From the NCBI GenBank assembly GCA_002419365.1, contig DIGA01000060.1:3499-67498 (forward strand): 64,000 bases of DNA. Reading direction: 5' to 3'. Below, one piece after another: positions 1-8,350 of this stretch. This stretch comes from Mageeibacillus sp. UBA5734. Its GTDB lineage: Bacteria; Bacillota; Clostridia; Saccharofermentanales; UBA5734. A program made the translations under genes and the position numbers. Position 1 is the stretch's first letter. Each line of letters opens with the position of its first letter. The notes below the pieces were generated by a model. It was not told the DNA's origin and searched no databases. It was given only the letters and a program-made list of their open reading frames with translations.

Positions 1-59
1 GCAGGATTTTGAAGCATCGTTTTCATTCGAGACCACCTCGGTTCACGTGCTCATTTCTG

Positions 60-857
60 TCAGGGCAAAAAGAGTGAATTGACGACATTCAGATTGTCCG
101 TCATCAGGAGGATGCCCATGGCGATGATCAGGACGCCACCCACTTTCTGGACAACGGGCAAATAGCGGTTGAAGCGTTTGAACAGACGCAGCAGCGACTG
201 GGTAAACACTGCCACCAGTAAAAAAGGCACTGCCATGCCCAGTGTGTACACAAGCATGAAAAAGCCTCCCTGCAGGGCCTGGTTGCCACTCGAAGCCATG
301 ACCAGGACAGCCGCCAGGACTGGGCCAATGCAGGGCGTCCAGCCAAAGCTGAACGTCAGGCCGAGCACATACGAGCCAAAAATGCCACCTCTCCCCGCCG
401 AATCGACCGACAGGCGTTTCTCCTGTTCCAGGAAAAGCAGCTTGAAGATCCCCGTCTGGTGCAAGCCGAGCATGATGACTAGTCCACCCGCCAGGACCAG
501 GAACAGTCGACTGTTGAAAACCGTGCCAAGCGCACCGGCACCAAACCCGAGCAAGATGAAAGAGGTTCCCAGCCCCGCGATGAAGACAAGTGTCTGGGTG
601 AACAGGCGGCGATTGAACTGCCAGAGTCGCGGTTTGCCAGCTGGAGCAGTTGAGGCAGGCGTCGCTGACATCACCAATAAGGCGGCATTGCTCGGATCAA
701 GACTTTCCCCAGCTTCTGATCGGCTCTGGTCAGACGTCAGCCCCCGGGACAAAGTCCCGATGTAGACCGGCAACAACGGAACGATGCAAGGGGAGAAAAA
801 GGACAGCACCCCTGCTGCAAACACACTCCAGATAAACAACGTTCCAGTATCCACCAT
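60..857 (-). CDS. ccdA: Cytochrome c biogenesis / thiol-disulfide electron-transfer membrane protein CcdA (DsbD family)
   Basis: 265-aa polytopic ORF with the two signature Cys motifs FSPCIVPLLP and WTPCIGPVL. ATG at 857. Confidence 0.85.
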   Translation of the reverse strand: MVDTGTLFIWSVFAAGVLSFFSPCIVPLLPVYIGTLSRGLTSDQSRSEAGESLDPSNAALLVMSATPASTAPAGKPRLWQFNRRLFTQTLVFIAGLGTSFILLGFGAGALGTVFNSRLFLVLAGGLVIMLGLHQTGIFKLLFLEQEKRLSVDSAGRGGIFGSYVLGLTFSFGWTPCIGPVLAAVLVMASSGNQALQGGFFMLVYTLGMAVPFLLVAVFTQSLLRLFKRFNRYLPVVQKVGGVLIIAMGILLMTDNLNVVNSLFLP

Positions 858-960
858 GATCTTTTTACCCTTTCAATTCGGGATGATTTGTCAAGGCCAG
901 TGAATGACCCAGTTAATCCTAGTTAAATAATAGGATAAAAGTCGACTTGGAAAAAGTGAG

Positions 961-1028
961 TTTGGTACAGATTGGGTGCACCTTCTGAAGAGGGGGCCCC
1001 CTCTTCACTGCCAGGTTTGGTACCAGAT
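961..1028. repeat. Perfect 20-bp GC-rich palindrome (987-1006) flanked by direct repeats TTTGGTAC(C)AGAT (961-972, 1016-1028)
   Basis: Read directly: GAAGAGGGGGCCCCCTCTTC. The flanking 12/13-nt direct repeats differ by one inserted C. Confidence 0.8.
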
Positions 1029-1139
1029 CGTGCCGTATCCCGGTCGGACGAGCTGCAACACCAGTCAAATCGCACCCCTGGACATCCCATTTCTGTGCGG
1101 CCAAGCAACAAACTCACGAAAACCGATCGAGATCGGCCA

Positions 1140-1148
1140 TGTTATAAT
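1140..1148 (+). promoter_or_regulatory. Extended -10 promoter element (TGtTATAAT) upstream of the L,D-transpeptidase gene
   Basis: Read directly. There is no good -35. Confidence 0.45.
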
Positions 1149-1186
1149 GAAACTATATTCATGTAACTATCTACGAAAAGAGGTTC

Positions 1187-2389
1187 ATGATCATGCAGAA
1201 AAAGTCGCGTTTCCTGGCGTTCAGTCTGATTGGTGTCCTGGTCCTGGCCACGATCCTGTATGTGCCGCAACCGGCAGCGGCTGAGACGACTCCTTATGAA
1301 ATCGTTGCATCCTATTCTGCTCCCCTGCCGGAAAATCTCACAGTAACGCTCCAATACACCACTTATTTTATCCCGACATCGTATGTTTTAGTGACAGCGG
1401 GTGGAGCCAATATCCGCTCCACGCCAGATGCCAGCGCGCCAATCATCGGCAAAGCAGCCCATTTTGAAAAGGTTCCGGTCCTTGCCCTGGTCCGGGGCAG
1501 TTATGTGGCCAATTACCTGACAGACCTCTGGTACGAGGTGGAACAAAAGGTGGGCGAACAGTCCATTCGCGGGTACATTCTGGCCACGCTTGGCGAAGTG
1601 CGGACCTTCCAGTTTGGGAAAATGCTTGATTCGGCTCAACTGTTAAAATCTGAGCTCGATGTCCAGACCACAGCCTATATCAGCAATTACAAGAACTGGA
1701 ATGGTCTGGCGCCGCTGCACCAAGGCCTGGCGTTCGATCCCTATGGGGTCAAGCGCTCGCAATCTGCACCAGCTTATCTGTCAGCCAGTTCGGCCGCCGA
1801 CTTTCGCTACATTGCCGATGGCACACTGGTGACCATTCTCGGTCAAACCGACTCGTTTTACAAGATCCGGACGTTGAACTTCCCTGGGGAATACTACGTA
1901 CCCAGGCGCTATGTCTCCCTGCAAAATTCGATCGACCTGCTGACGAAAGTCATTGTCATTGATCGCAAGAACCAGAACGAAGGCATCTTTGAATATTCCG
2001 GTGGCCTATGGTTCCTGGTGTCGTACACGTTTGCCACCACGGGCGAGCAGGCCAAATACAAGGAACCTACCGATCTGGGCTACTATATGGCGATTAACAA
2101 GGTCGACAAGTTTCTCTACCTCGATGATGTCACGCGGGAAATTGCCGGCTATGCCCCCTACGGCATCCGCTTTGGCGGTGGCGCCTACATCCACGGCGTG
2201 CCGGTCGACCTGCGGCGCAACATTCCCGTTGGCCAGCGCGTCACGTCTTTTCCCCCGATGATTGAATATTCTGCGACCATCGGTACGACACCCCGCTCGC
2301 ACAAATGCGTACGCAACTACACCAGCCACGCCAAGTACCTCTGGGACTGGAGTGAAATCGGCAAAACGGCCGTGATTGTGATTGAGTGA
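1187..2389 (+). CDS. Secreted L,D-transpeptidase (YkuD-domain) protein with N-terminal signal peptide
   Basis: Signal-like N-terminus (KKSRFLAFSLIGVLVLATILYV). C-terminal YIHGVPV...TTPRSHKCVRN resembles the YkuD His...SxGC(I/V)R catalytic motif. RBS AAAGAGG at 1177-1183. The alternative ATG at 1193 has better spacing. Confidence 0.75.
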   Translation: MIMQKKSRFLAFSLIGVLVLATILYVPQPAAAETTPYEIVASYSAPLPENLTVTLQYTTYFIPTSYVLVTAGGANIRSTPDASAPIIGKAAHFEKVPVLALVRGSYVANYLTDLWYEVEQKVGEQSIRGYILATLGEVRTFQFGKMLDSAQLLKSELDVQTTAYISNYKNWNGLAPLHQGLAFDPYGVKRSQSAPAYLSASSAADFRYIADGTLVTILGQTDSFYKIRTLNFPGEYYVPRRYVSLQNSIDLLTKVIVIDRKNQNEGIFEYSGGLWFLVSYTFATTGEQAKYKEPTDLGYYMAINKVDKFLYLDDVTREIAGYAPYGIRFGGGAYIHGVPVDLRRNIPVGQRVTSFPPMIEYSATIGTTPRSHKCVRNYTSHAKYLWDWSEIGKTAVIVIE

Positions 2390-2412
2390 AAGGGATCAGG
2401 ACAAAACGAGTT

Positions 2413-4569
2413 TCAATTTATTTTTTGCTTGATTGAAGGATATGGATTGAAAGTGTGCAGCGCGCTGATCAAAAGAACTATTACGATATAGGCAAACGCG
2501 ATGCCTAATCCCCATCGAAACCATGGATTGATGTATACCACCCGGATTTGGTGTTCACCAGGAGGAAGGGAGATCGAGAACCCAACCGGTTCCATCCGAT
2601 CCATCTGCCACGGCTTGCCATCTACAGTCGCCTGAAAATATGGATCAAACTGGTATATGAAACGAATGGTCTCCTCACGATTCGAACGAGAGACTAATTT
2701 GATTGAATTTGTGGTCAGTTGATAGTCTGTGATCGCTTCACCATGCGTATTGCTGACGATTGGCTGGGCAAAGCGATCAAAAAACAGCGTTCTCAAAGGA
2801 TCGTGGAAAACTGGAACAATCCCGTAGGGTCTTAAGTTATCACGATAAAAGGACGAATAGGCTGAAGGGATAAGATACAAGTTGACCCCGCAAGAACGAA
2901 GATAGTCGACCGGGATTTCATTTGAATGTTCTACGATCGCTGAATGGTTGAGATTAAAGGTTGATCTAGCTGTTTGATCTGGCACGAGCAAATCGTAACC
3001 AGCAAAATAGTCTAAACCTGTCAGTGTTGCAGCATTGAACCCAAGAGACGGATATACAGAGACACCCTTTCCTTCTGGCAGATCAGAAAAGTATTCATTG
3101 AAAGCAAAAGACAAAATGCGACCAGTATGCAGGGTATCTGCTAATGGTTCAATCTGAGGAATCGAATCGATTTGTTTGTACCCAAAATGCTGATATGGTT
3201 TCAAGGTATAAACAGCAGCTAAATTGGTCACTTGACCGATGAGGACAGCCATAAGCAAGATTGAAGGAATCCGGTTATTGTATTTATGCTCGAGAAGCCT
3301 TGATCTGGCTGACAGGTATTGACTGGATCGCAGAACAATCTTTTGAAAAATGATTGCTGCCAAGAAAACCAAGTAGAAATCAAAAAAAACCATGACTTTA
3401 AACGGCCATCTGAAACGATTGATGATCGGAATTTGATAAAGAAAGTAATTGAATGTCAGGCTGCTCGTCCAACATACGGCGAACAATGCAGGCACCAAAA
3501 ATGTTATCTCGAGTCGAGACACATGAATCCTATTGGTGCGAAAAAGGGTAACAAGTGAATAAACCATCCCAATGGAGACTAGTAGCAAGGCTATATAACC
3601 TATATGGCCAATGTTGGCCAAATTAATTGTTGGATTTAAATGGACCGGATGAATAATTCGCTGATACTCCTGAAAAGGGAAAACCAGATTTTTAAACAGA
3701 GCGAAAAAGTCAAGATACAAATCTGCGAAGTTGCCAAATGGCAACGGCAAACTGCGACCATGGGAATTTTGCATGAGGTCCCACATCGGTAACAATAACG
3801 GCATTGAAAGCAACAAGAAAGGTCCATAGCTTGGGATGTAAGACTTGAATATAACAAACACATTTTGTTTCAAGATCAATCGGACCCATAACAGGACTGT
3901 CAAAAACTCAAAAATGACCGCATAGATGAAAAACTGGACATGCCCCTGATAAAAAAAGAGTAATCGACACAATATTGCCAATGAATTCCACAGGGAGCGG
4001 GGCTGTTTGAGTTGACGAAAACCAAGTGCAATCATCCAGGGCCAATAAGCTGCTACACCTGACACAGGCACCCAGGAATTTGAAACAAAAATTACGAAGC
4101 TATTGAGCGACCAGGTTAATCCAGAAAAGGCCGCTATGCCTGAAGATAATTCAAGATCTCTAGCTAGAAAATAACAGCCAGCAGCACCAATCAGAATATG
4201 AATGATGACCAGAATATCAATCGCCGCGAAAGAGTGGGCAAATATTATCCGGCTAAAAAAGACAGCAAGGTAGGCTAAAGGATAAAGGGCAGCCGACTGG
4301 CCCTGTGCAAGACTTGGGATGCCCATGAATTGATGAAAATTATAGGTCGCCAATTCACCTGCTGCCAGACTTTCATAATTGTGTATGAAGTAGGGCAAAA
4401 AATAATTCCGGTTATCATCTTGTAAAAAAAAGTAAGGGTGCATCCATTCAGCCAGCCACAGCACCAGGCATATTGCCAGTATCATGATGCCAAAAAACCA
4501 ATGGTTGCTCATGAAATTCAGAAGTCGTCTTCTTGTTCTCCCAGCCTTAAACGTGAGCGATTGTAACAT
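2413..4569 (-). CDS. Large polytopic membrane protein, YfhO / GT-C-like putative extracytoplasmic glycosyltransferase
   Basis: 718 aa with many TM helices in the N-terminal ~480 aa, a soluble C-terminal domain and a final TM helix. It lies 2 nt downstream of the methyltransferase gene and in an operon with a GtrB/CsbB-like GT2. The family assignment is inferred from architecture and context. Confidence 0.6.
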   Translation of the reverse strand: MLQSLTFKAGRTRRRLLNFMSNHWFFGIMILAICLVLWLAEWMHPYFFLQDDNRNYFLPYFIHNYESLAAGELATYNFHQFMGIPSLAQGQSAALYPLAYLAVFFSRIIFAHSFAAIDILVIIHILIGAAGCYFLARDLELSSGIAAFSGLTWSLNSFVIFVSNSWVPVSGVAAYWPWMIALGFRQLKQPRSLWNSLAILCRLLFFYQGHVQFFIYAVIFEFLTVLLWVRLILKQNVFVIFKSYIPSYGPFLLLSMPLLLPMWDLMQNSHGRSLPLPFGNFADLYLDFFALFKNLVFPFQEYQRIIHPVHLNPTINLANIGHIGYIALLLVSIGMVYSLVTLFRTNRIHVSRLEITFLVPALFAVCWTSSLTFNYFLYQIPIINRFRWPFKVMVFFDFYLVFLAAIIFQKIVLRSSQYLSARSRLLEHKYNNRIPSILLMAVLIGQVTNLAAVYTLKPYQHFGYKQIDSIPQIEPLADTLHTGRILSFAFNEYFSDLPEGKGVSVYPSLGFNAATLTGLDYFAGYDLLVPDQTARSTFNLNHSAIVEHSNEIPVDYLRSCGVNLYLIPSAYSSFYRDNLRPYGIVPVFHDPLRTLFFDRFAQPIVSNTHGEAITDYQLTTNSIKLVSRSNREETIRFIYQFDPYFQATVDGKPWQMDRMEPVGFSISLPPGEHQIRVVYINPWFRWGLGIAFAYIVIVLLISALHTFNPYPSIKQKIN

Positions 4570-4571
4570 GG

Positions 4572-5396
4572 CTATTGATCCATTTTATGAGCAACAACCA
4601 GAACCGAAAGGCCCGGAATATGCATCTGGACTCGATCAAGAATGCGGCAAATGTGAAAATCCAAGTTAAGGCAACCAGCCAGACATCTGGTCAAAAAAGA
4701 AGCTTCTGACAACTGCCAGTGTCCGATTCCTTTTTGCATTTGAACCCCGTATCTGTTCTCGACAGGTGACGAATGATGTGATCGTTTCTGAATCACCTGA
4801 CCCAATTTCTCCAGACCAGTCAACAGTGACCTGACCAGGAAAAGTGAAAAATAAAAATATTGAGCACTCTTGATGGTCAACTGGTGTGACGAAAACAGAC
4901 TGGATAGTTCTTTAAGGTTGTATCTTCTGTAATGCTTCAAAAAGACATCATGATTCGAAAACAGGCTTTGGAAAGCAGGAACCGTCGAAACAATCAAACC
5001 GCCAGGTTTCAGTTTTAATTTCAAGCTGTCGATAAAAGCGTGATCATCCTCAACATGTTCCAGGACATCCAGCAAAATCAAGCCATCTAAAGACAAGTCA
5101 AGTAATTCATCCAAGCTGCTATGGATTTTCAGTCGATCATCTGTCCTCGTCGACCATACGCCATTCTGTTGCTCGCCGTATCCTGGATCAACGGCGTGCA
5201 AATTCCACGAAATTGTTTGAGCATCCATTTTCTCAATCAATTTCTCAGCAAAATACAGATCACCGGCACCGATATCTGCCAAGACAACCTGCTGTCGGTC
5301 TTTTATTTCAGACAGGATCAGGTCGGTTAACTGTTCCATCCTGCTGATTTCCCAAGGATGCCGTTGTTTTGATTGAGCAACTTCGCGCAAATCCAT
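4572..5396 (-). CDS. Class I SAM-dependent methyltransferase
   Basis: Motif I VLADIGAGDLYF and the post-I/II region LILLDVLEHVEDD. Tightly packed between the GT2 and the YfhO-like genes. Confidence 0.8.
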   Translation of the reverse strand: MDLREVAQSKQRHPWEISRMEQLTDLILSEIKDRQQVVLADIGAGDLYFAEKLIEKMDAQTISWNLHAVDPGYGEQQNGVWSTRTDDRLKIHSSLDELLDLSLDGLILLDVLEHVEDDHAFIDSLKLKLKPGGLIVSTVPAFQSLFSNHDVFLKHYRRYNLKELSSLFSSHQLTIKSAQYFYFSLFLVRSLLTGLEKLGQVIQKRSHHSSPVENRYGVQMQKGIGHWQLSEASFLTRCLAGCLNLDFHICRILDRVQMHIPGLSVLVVAHKMDQ

Positions 5397-5399
5397 GGA

Positions 5400-6389
5400 T
5401 CACCCCCTGATGTCGAGATCCGAAATGTTGCTTTCTTTGACGATAAAAACTGGACGCCTTTTTGTTTCCAGGTATGTTTTTTGCAAGTATTGACCTAGAA
5501 TGCCAATCGTAAACAGTTGCAGGCCGCTGGTTGTAAAGATGATGCAAGCGAGAGAGGGCCAGCCGGCAACAGGGTCTCCATAAACCAGGGTTCGGAAAAT
5601 GATCAAACCTACGAGCAGCAATGCAATTGCAAAAAAGAGCAGCCCACCAAATGAAGCTAGTGTCAGGGGCAAGGTTGAAAATGAAAAAATGCCTTCCAAT
5701 GAATACAGCACCAGCTTCCAGAAAGTCCATTTGGATTGTCCAGCTACCCTTTCGACATTCTCGTATTCAATCCAATGGTTTTTAAAGCCAACCCAGCTGA
5801 ATATGCCCTTTGTGAATCGATTAATTTCTGTCATGTTCAATATTGCCATAGCCATTTGCCGTGTCATCAAACGAAAGTCTCTGGTGCCATCAGCCAAATC
5901 AATGCTTGAGATCCTCTTGATCATTTTATAGTACAATCGTGCACAGATAGACCGGATCACGGGCTCACCTTCGCGATTGATCCTTCTCGCTGTCACGCAA
6001 TCACAATTGCCAGATAATACTACATCATACATGCCTAGTATTAATTCTGGTGGATCCTGCAAATCTGCATCCATCACGACCAGATAATCTCCGGTTGCAG
6101 CCTTCATTCCAGCATAGATCGCTGCGTCTTTTCCAAAATTTTTTGAAAGTGACAAATAGTTTACACGCTTATCTGTCACACGGATTGATTTGATCACATT
6201 CAGTGTATGATCAGATGAACCGTCATCGACAAATATCATTTGAATGTCAGCATGCTTCTCCAGCATTTTTTCACCGACTGAATGGATTTCGTTATAAAAC
6301 CGAGGGAGTGTTTCTTCCTCGTTCAAACAAGGAATGACTACAGATATGCATACAGAATGTGAAAATTCGCTATTCATTTGGTTTTCCAT
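5400..6389 (-). CDS. Family 2 glycosyltransferase, GtrB/CsbB-type polyprenyl-phosphate sugar transferase
   Basis: VVIPCLNEEE, VDDGSSD and DADLQDPPE motifs, plus two C-terminal TM helices typical of GtrB/ArnC/CsbB. Confidence 0.85.
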   Translation of the reverse strand: MENQMNSEFSHSVCISVVIPCLNEEETLPRFYNEIHSVGEKMLEKHADIQMIFVDDGSSDHTLNVIKSIRVTDKRVNYLSLSKNFGKDAAIYAGMKAATGDYLVVMDADLQDPPELILGMYDVVLSGNCDCVTARRINREGEPVIRSICARLYYKMIKRISSIDLADGTRDFRLMTRQMAMAILNMTEINRFTKGIFSWVGFKNHWIEYENVERVAGQSKWTFWKLVLYSLEGIFSFSTLPLTLASFGGLLFFAIALLLVGLIIFRTLVYGDPVAGWPSLACIIFTTSGLQLFTIGILGQYLQKTYLETKRRPVFIVKESNISDLDIRG

Positions 6390-6602
6390 CTCAATCCTTA
6401 TTACCAGAAAGTTTTATCAAGACAAGTCACTTAATAAATGATTGCTTTGCAGTCAAGTGGCTTGAATTCATATCATTGAATAAGATTATACTGATTTTGA
6501 TCGCTAACTGCATGAAGCACATAATTTCAAATATTTATCGAGTCTGTCTAATAACTTACATCGATTTCTTTGACCTTCTCTGACTTTCGTAACCTATGTG
6601 AC

Positions 6603-6630
6603 TTGAAAGCAGACTTTTCTTGCTTATAAT
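6603..6630 (+). promoter_or_regulatory. Sigma-A-type promoter of hsp20 (TTGAAA - 16 nt - TATAAT)
   Basis: -35 at 6603-6608 and -10 at 6625-6630, 46 nt upstream of the hsp20 ATG. Confidence 0.7.
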
Positions 6631-6642
6631 GAAAATCACTAA

Positions 6643-6659
6643 AGTCAAACAAAGTCAAA
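6643..6659 (+). promoter_or_regulatory. CtsR operator (AGTCAAA CAA AGTCAAA)
   Basis: Perfect match to the published CtsR direct-repeat consensus (A/G)GTCAAA-NAN-(A/G)GTCAAA. It starts 13 nt after the -10 box, overlapping the predicted transcription start region. Confidence 0.7.
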
Positions 6660-6675
6660 CAAGGAGGAAGCAACA

Positions 6676-7131
6676 ATGTTTGAGCTCATTCCCGTTAATC
6701 GCAGAAAAAACTATCTGGTCCATCGCAACCTGTTCTGGCATGATATGGACACGCTCTTTGATCAATTCTTCAATGATAGCTTGCTTCTTGCCAAGCCATC
6801 AGAAAAGACTGGGATGCGTGTTGACATTAAAGACACCCAGGACGCCTTTGTGATCGAAGCAGAATTGCCCGGTATCAATAAAGAAAATATTGATATCAAG
6901 ATCCAGGATAATCTCCTGACCCTTTCAGTCAACCAGGAAGAAAATTCTGAAAACAACAAAGATTCGTACCTCGTTCGCGAGCGTCGTGTCCGCTCCCTGC
7001 AGCGCAGCTTTGATGTCAGCGCCGTCGATGCAGACAAGATCTCAGCCAAATTTGAAAATGGCCTTCTGGCTCTGCAATTACCCAAGAAAGAACTTGTTAA
7101 GCCAGAGAGTCGCAAAATCGATATCGAATAA
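6676..7131 (+). CDS. Hsp20 / alpha-crystallin family small heat-shock protein
   Basis: 151 aa with an alpha-crystallin core (FVIEAELPGINKENIDIKIQDNLLTLSV ... FENGLLALQLPK). AGGAGG RBS 7 nt upstream. Confidence 0.9.
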   Translation: MFELIPVNRRKNYLVHRNLFWHDMDTLFDQFFNDSLLLAKPSEKTGMRVDIKDTQDAFVIEAELPGINKENIDIKIQDNLLTLSVNQEENSENNKDSYLVRERRVRSLQRSFDVSAVDADKISAKFENGLLALQLPKKELVKPESRKIDIE

Positions 7132-7146
7132 TGTTCTCGTGACCTG

Positions 7147-7182
7147 GGCTGGTGCGATCCATCGATCGTGCCGGCCTTTTTT
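7147..7182 (+). terminator. Rho-independent terminator of hsp20
   Basis: 13-bp stem (three G-U pairs) GGCUGGUGCGAUC / GAUCGUGCCGGCC with a 4-nt loop, followed by TTTTTT. It overlaps the pdxA stop codon. Confidence 0.75.
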
Positions 7183-8179
7183 ATGGCGCGTAACAGGGCG
7201 CATATTTGGCAGCCAGCCGGATCGCTTCGATCATGCTGACGGCGCTGGCTATCCCCTGGCCGGCAATATTGAAGGCCGTACCATGGTCAACTGAAGTCCG
7301 CAGGAAGGGCAGGCCATTGGTGATGGCGATCGTCCGTTCGAAGTCGTAGGTCTTGGTCGCGATGTGCCCCTGGTCGTGGTAAAGCGACAAAACAGAATTA
7401 TAGTGGCCTTGCAGCGCCAGATGAAAGACAGAATCGGCACCAACCGGTCCTTCGACAGCATAGCCCTGTGCCTGGAGTTCCTGGACCGCTGGTTCCACTT
7501 CCCTTACCTCTTCATCGCCAAACAAGCCATGTTCGCCGCTGTGCGGATTGAGCCCGGCTATTGCCATCGTTCCTTCTACGACTCCCAGCCGGCGCAGCGC
7601 AGCCGTGCAGCGCTGGACATAGTCAATCAAGCGATCTTTCGTCACCAGGTCGCAGGCTTTGCGCAGGGATACGTGGCGGCTGAGAAAGAAGACACGCAGG
7701 CCTCTGACTTCAAACAGTGTCAGAGGATCTGCGGTTCCGGTCAGGTCGGCAAAAATCTCCGTATGGCCGATAAAGGGGACCCCTGCCGCTTTGAGTGATT
7801 CCTTGTTGATCGGAGTCGTGGCCACGGCATCGACTTGCCGGTCCAAGGCCAGTTCGATCGACTTGGCGATAAATTCAAAAGCAGCTTGGCCGCACAGAGC
7901 GCTGACCTTGCCAACGACAAATTGTGCCGGGTCTGCGTTTCCCAAGTCCATCAAGCTAAGGACACCTGTTTCGCCCTGACACTGGTCTGGCGTTGTGACG
8001 GTCTGGATCTGCACGGATACCTGGCAGCTGGCGATCGCTCGCTCCAGGACACGGCGATCACCGATCACCAGAACCTTGGCGACTGTTGAAACAGCAGGGT
8101 CGGCCATGGCTTTGACAATGATTTCGGGACCGATCCCAGCCGGGTCACCCATTGGGACTGCAATGATTGGACGATTCAT
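7181..8179 (-). CDS. pdxA: PdxA-family 4-hydroxythreonine-4-phosphate dehydrogenase
   Basis: 332 aa. N-terminus [15 protein letters not shown] plus HTEIF and SVDHGTAF motifs typical of the PdxA family. Confidence 0.85.
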   Translation of the reverse strand: MNRPIIAVPMGDPAGIGPEIIVKAMADPAVSTVAKVLVIGDRRVLERAIASCQVSVQIQTVTTPDQCQGETGVLSLMDLGNADPAQFVVGKVSALCGQAAFEFIAKSIELALDRQVDAVATTPINKESLKAAGVPFIGHTEIFADLTGTADPLTLFEVRGLRVFFLSRHVSLRKACDLVTKDRLIDYVQRCTAALRRLGVVEGTMAIAGLNPHSGEHGLFGDEEVREVEPAVQELQAQGYAVEGPVGADSVFHLALQGHYNSVLSLYHDQGHIATKTYDFERTIAITNGLPFLRTSVDHGTAFNIAGQGIASAVSMIEAIRLAAKYAPCYAP

Positions 8180-8247
8180 GCGTTTCGACTCCTTCCTCTG
8201 GCGGACAGACGTTCAGGTCCGACTTGACGAGAGCGTCACCTGTGAAC

Positions 8248-8276
8248 TTGACAGGCTCCGTCGCCCGCGATATAAA
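8248..8276 (+). promoter_or_regulatory. Promoter of metQ (TTGACA - 17 nt - TATAAA)
   Basis: Consensus -35 with ideal spacing, about 70 nt upstream of the metQ start. Confidence 0.6.
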
Positions 8277-8350
8277 GCATCGTATTCCAGTATGGAACGC
8301 AGCTGACACCACAGTTGACTGGAATCATTATACGAAAGAAGGACATGAAA

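Noticed and set aside
919-1354. Several 60-100-aa ORFs in and around the ccdA / ldt spacer
   Set aside because: They overlap each other in different frames, have no RBS, and cross the palindrome and promoter elements. They are most likely non-coding.
2400-7140. The low-GC segment as a bona fide mobile element or genomic island
   Set aside because: No integrase, transposase, tRNA target or flanking direct repeats are visible. It is therefore reported only as a compositional anomaly, not annotated as a mobile_element.
8180-8350. S-box (SAM-I) riboswitch or Met T-box upstream of metQ
   Set aside because: The leader after the predicted promoter is only about 65 nt. It lacks the S-box core (GAGGGA...GCCC...GCAACC) and the T-box sequence. 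Only one 8-bp hairpin (ATTCCAGT/ACTGGAAT) is present.
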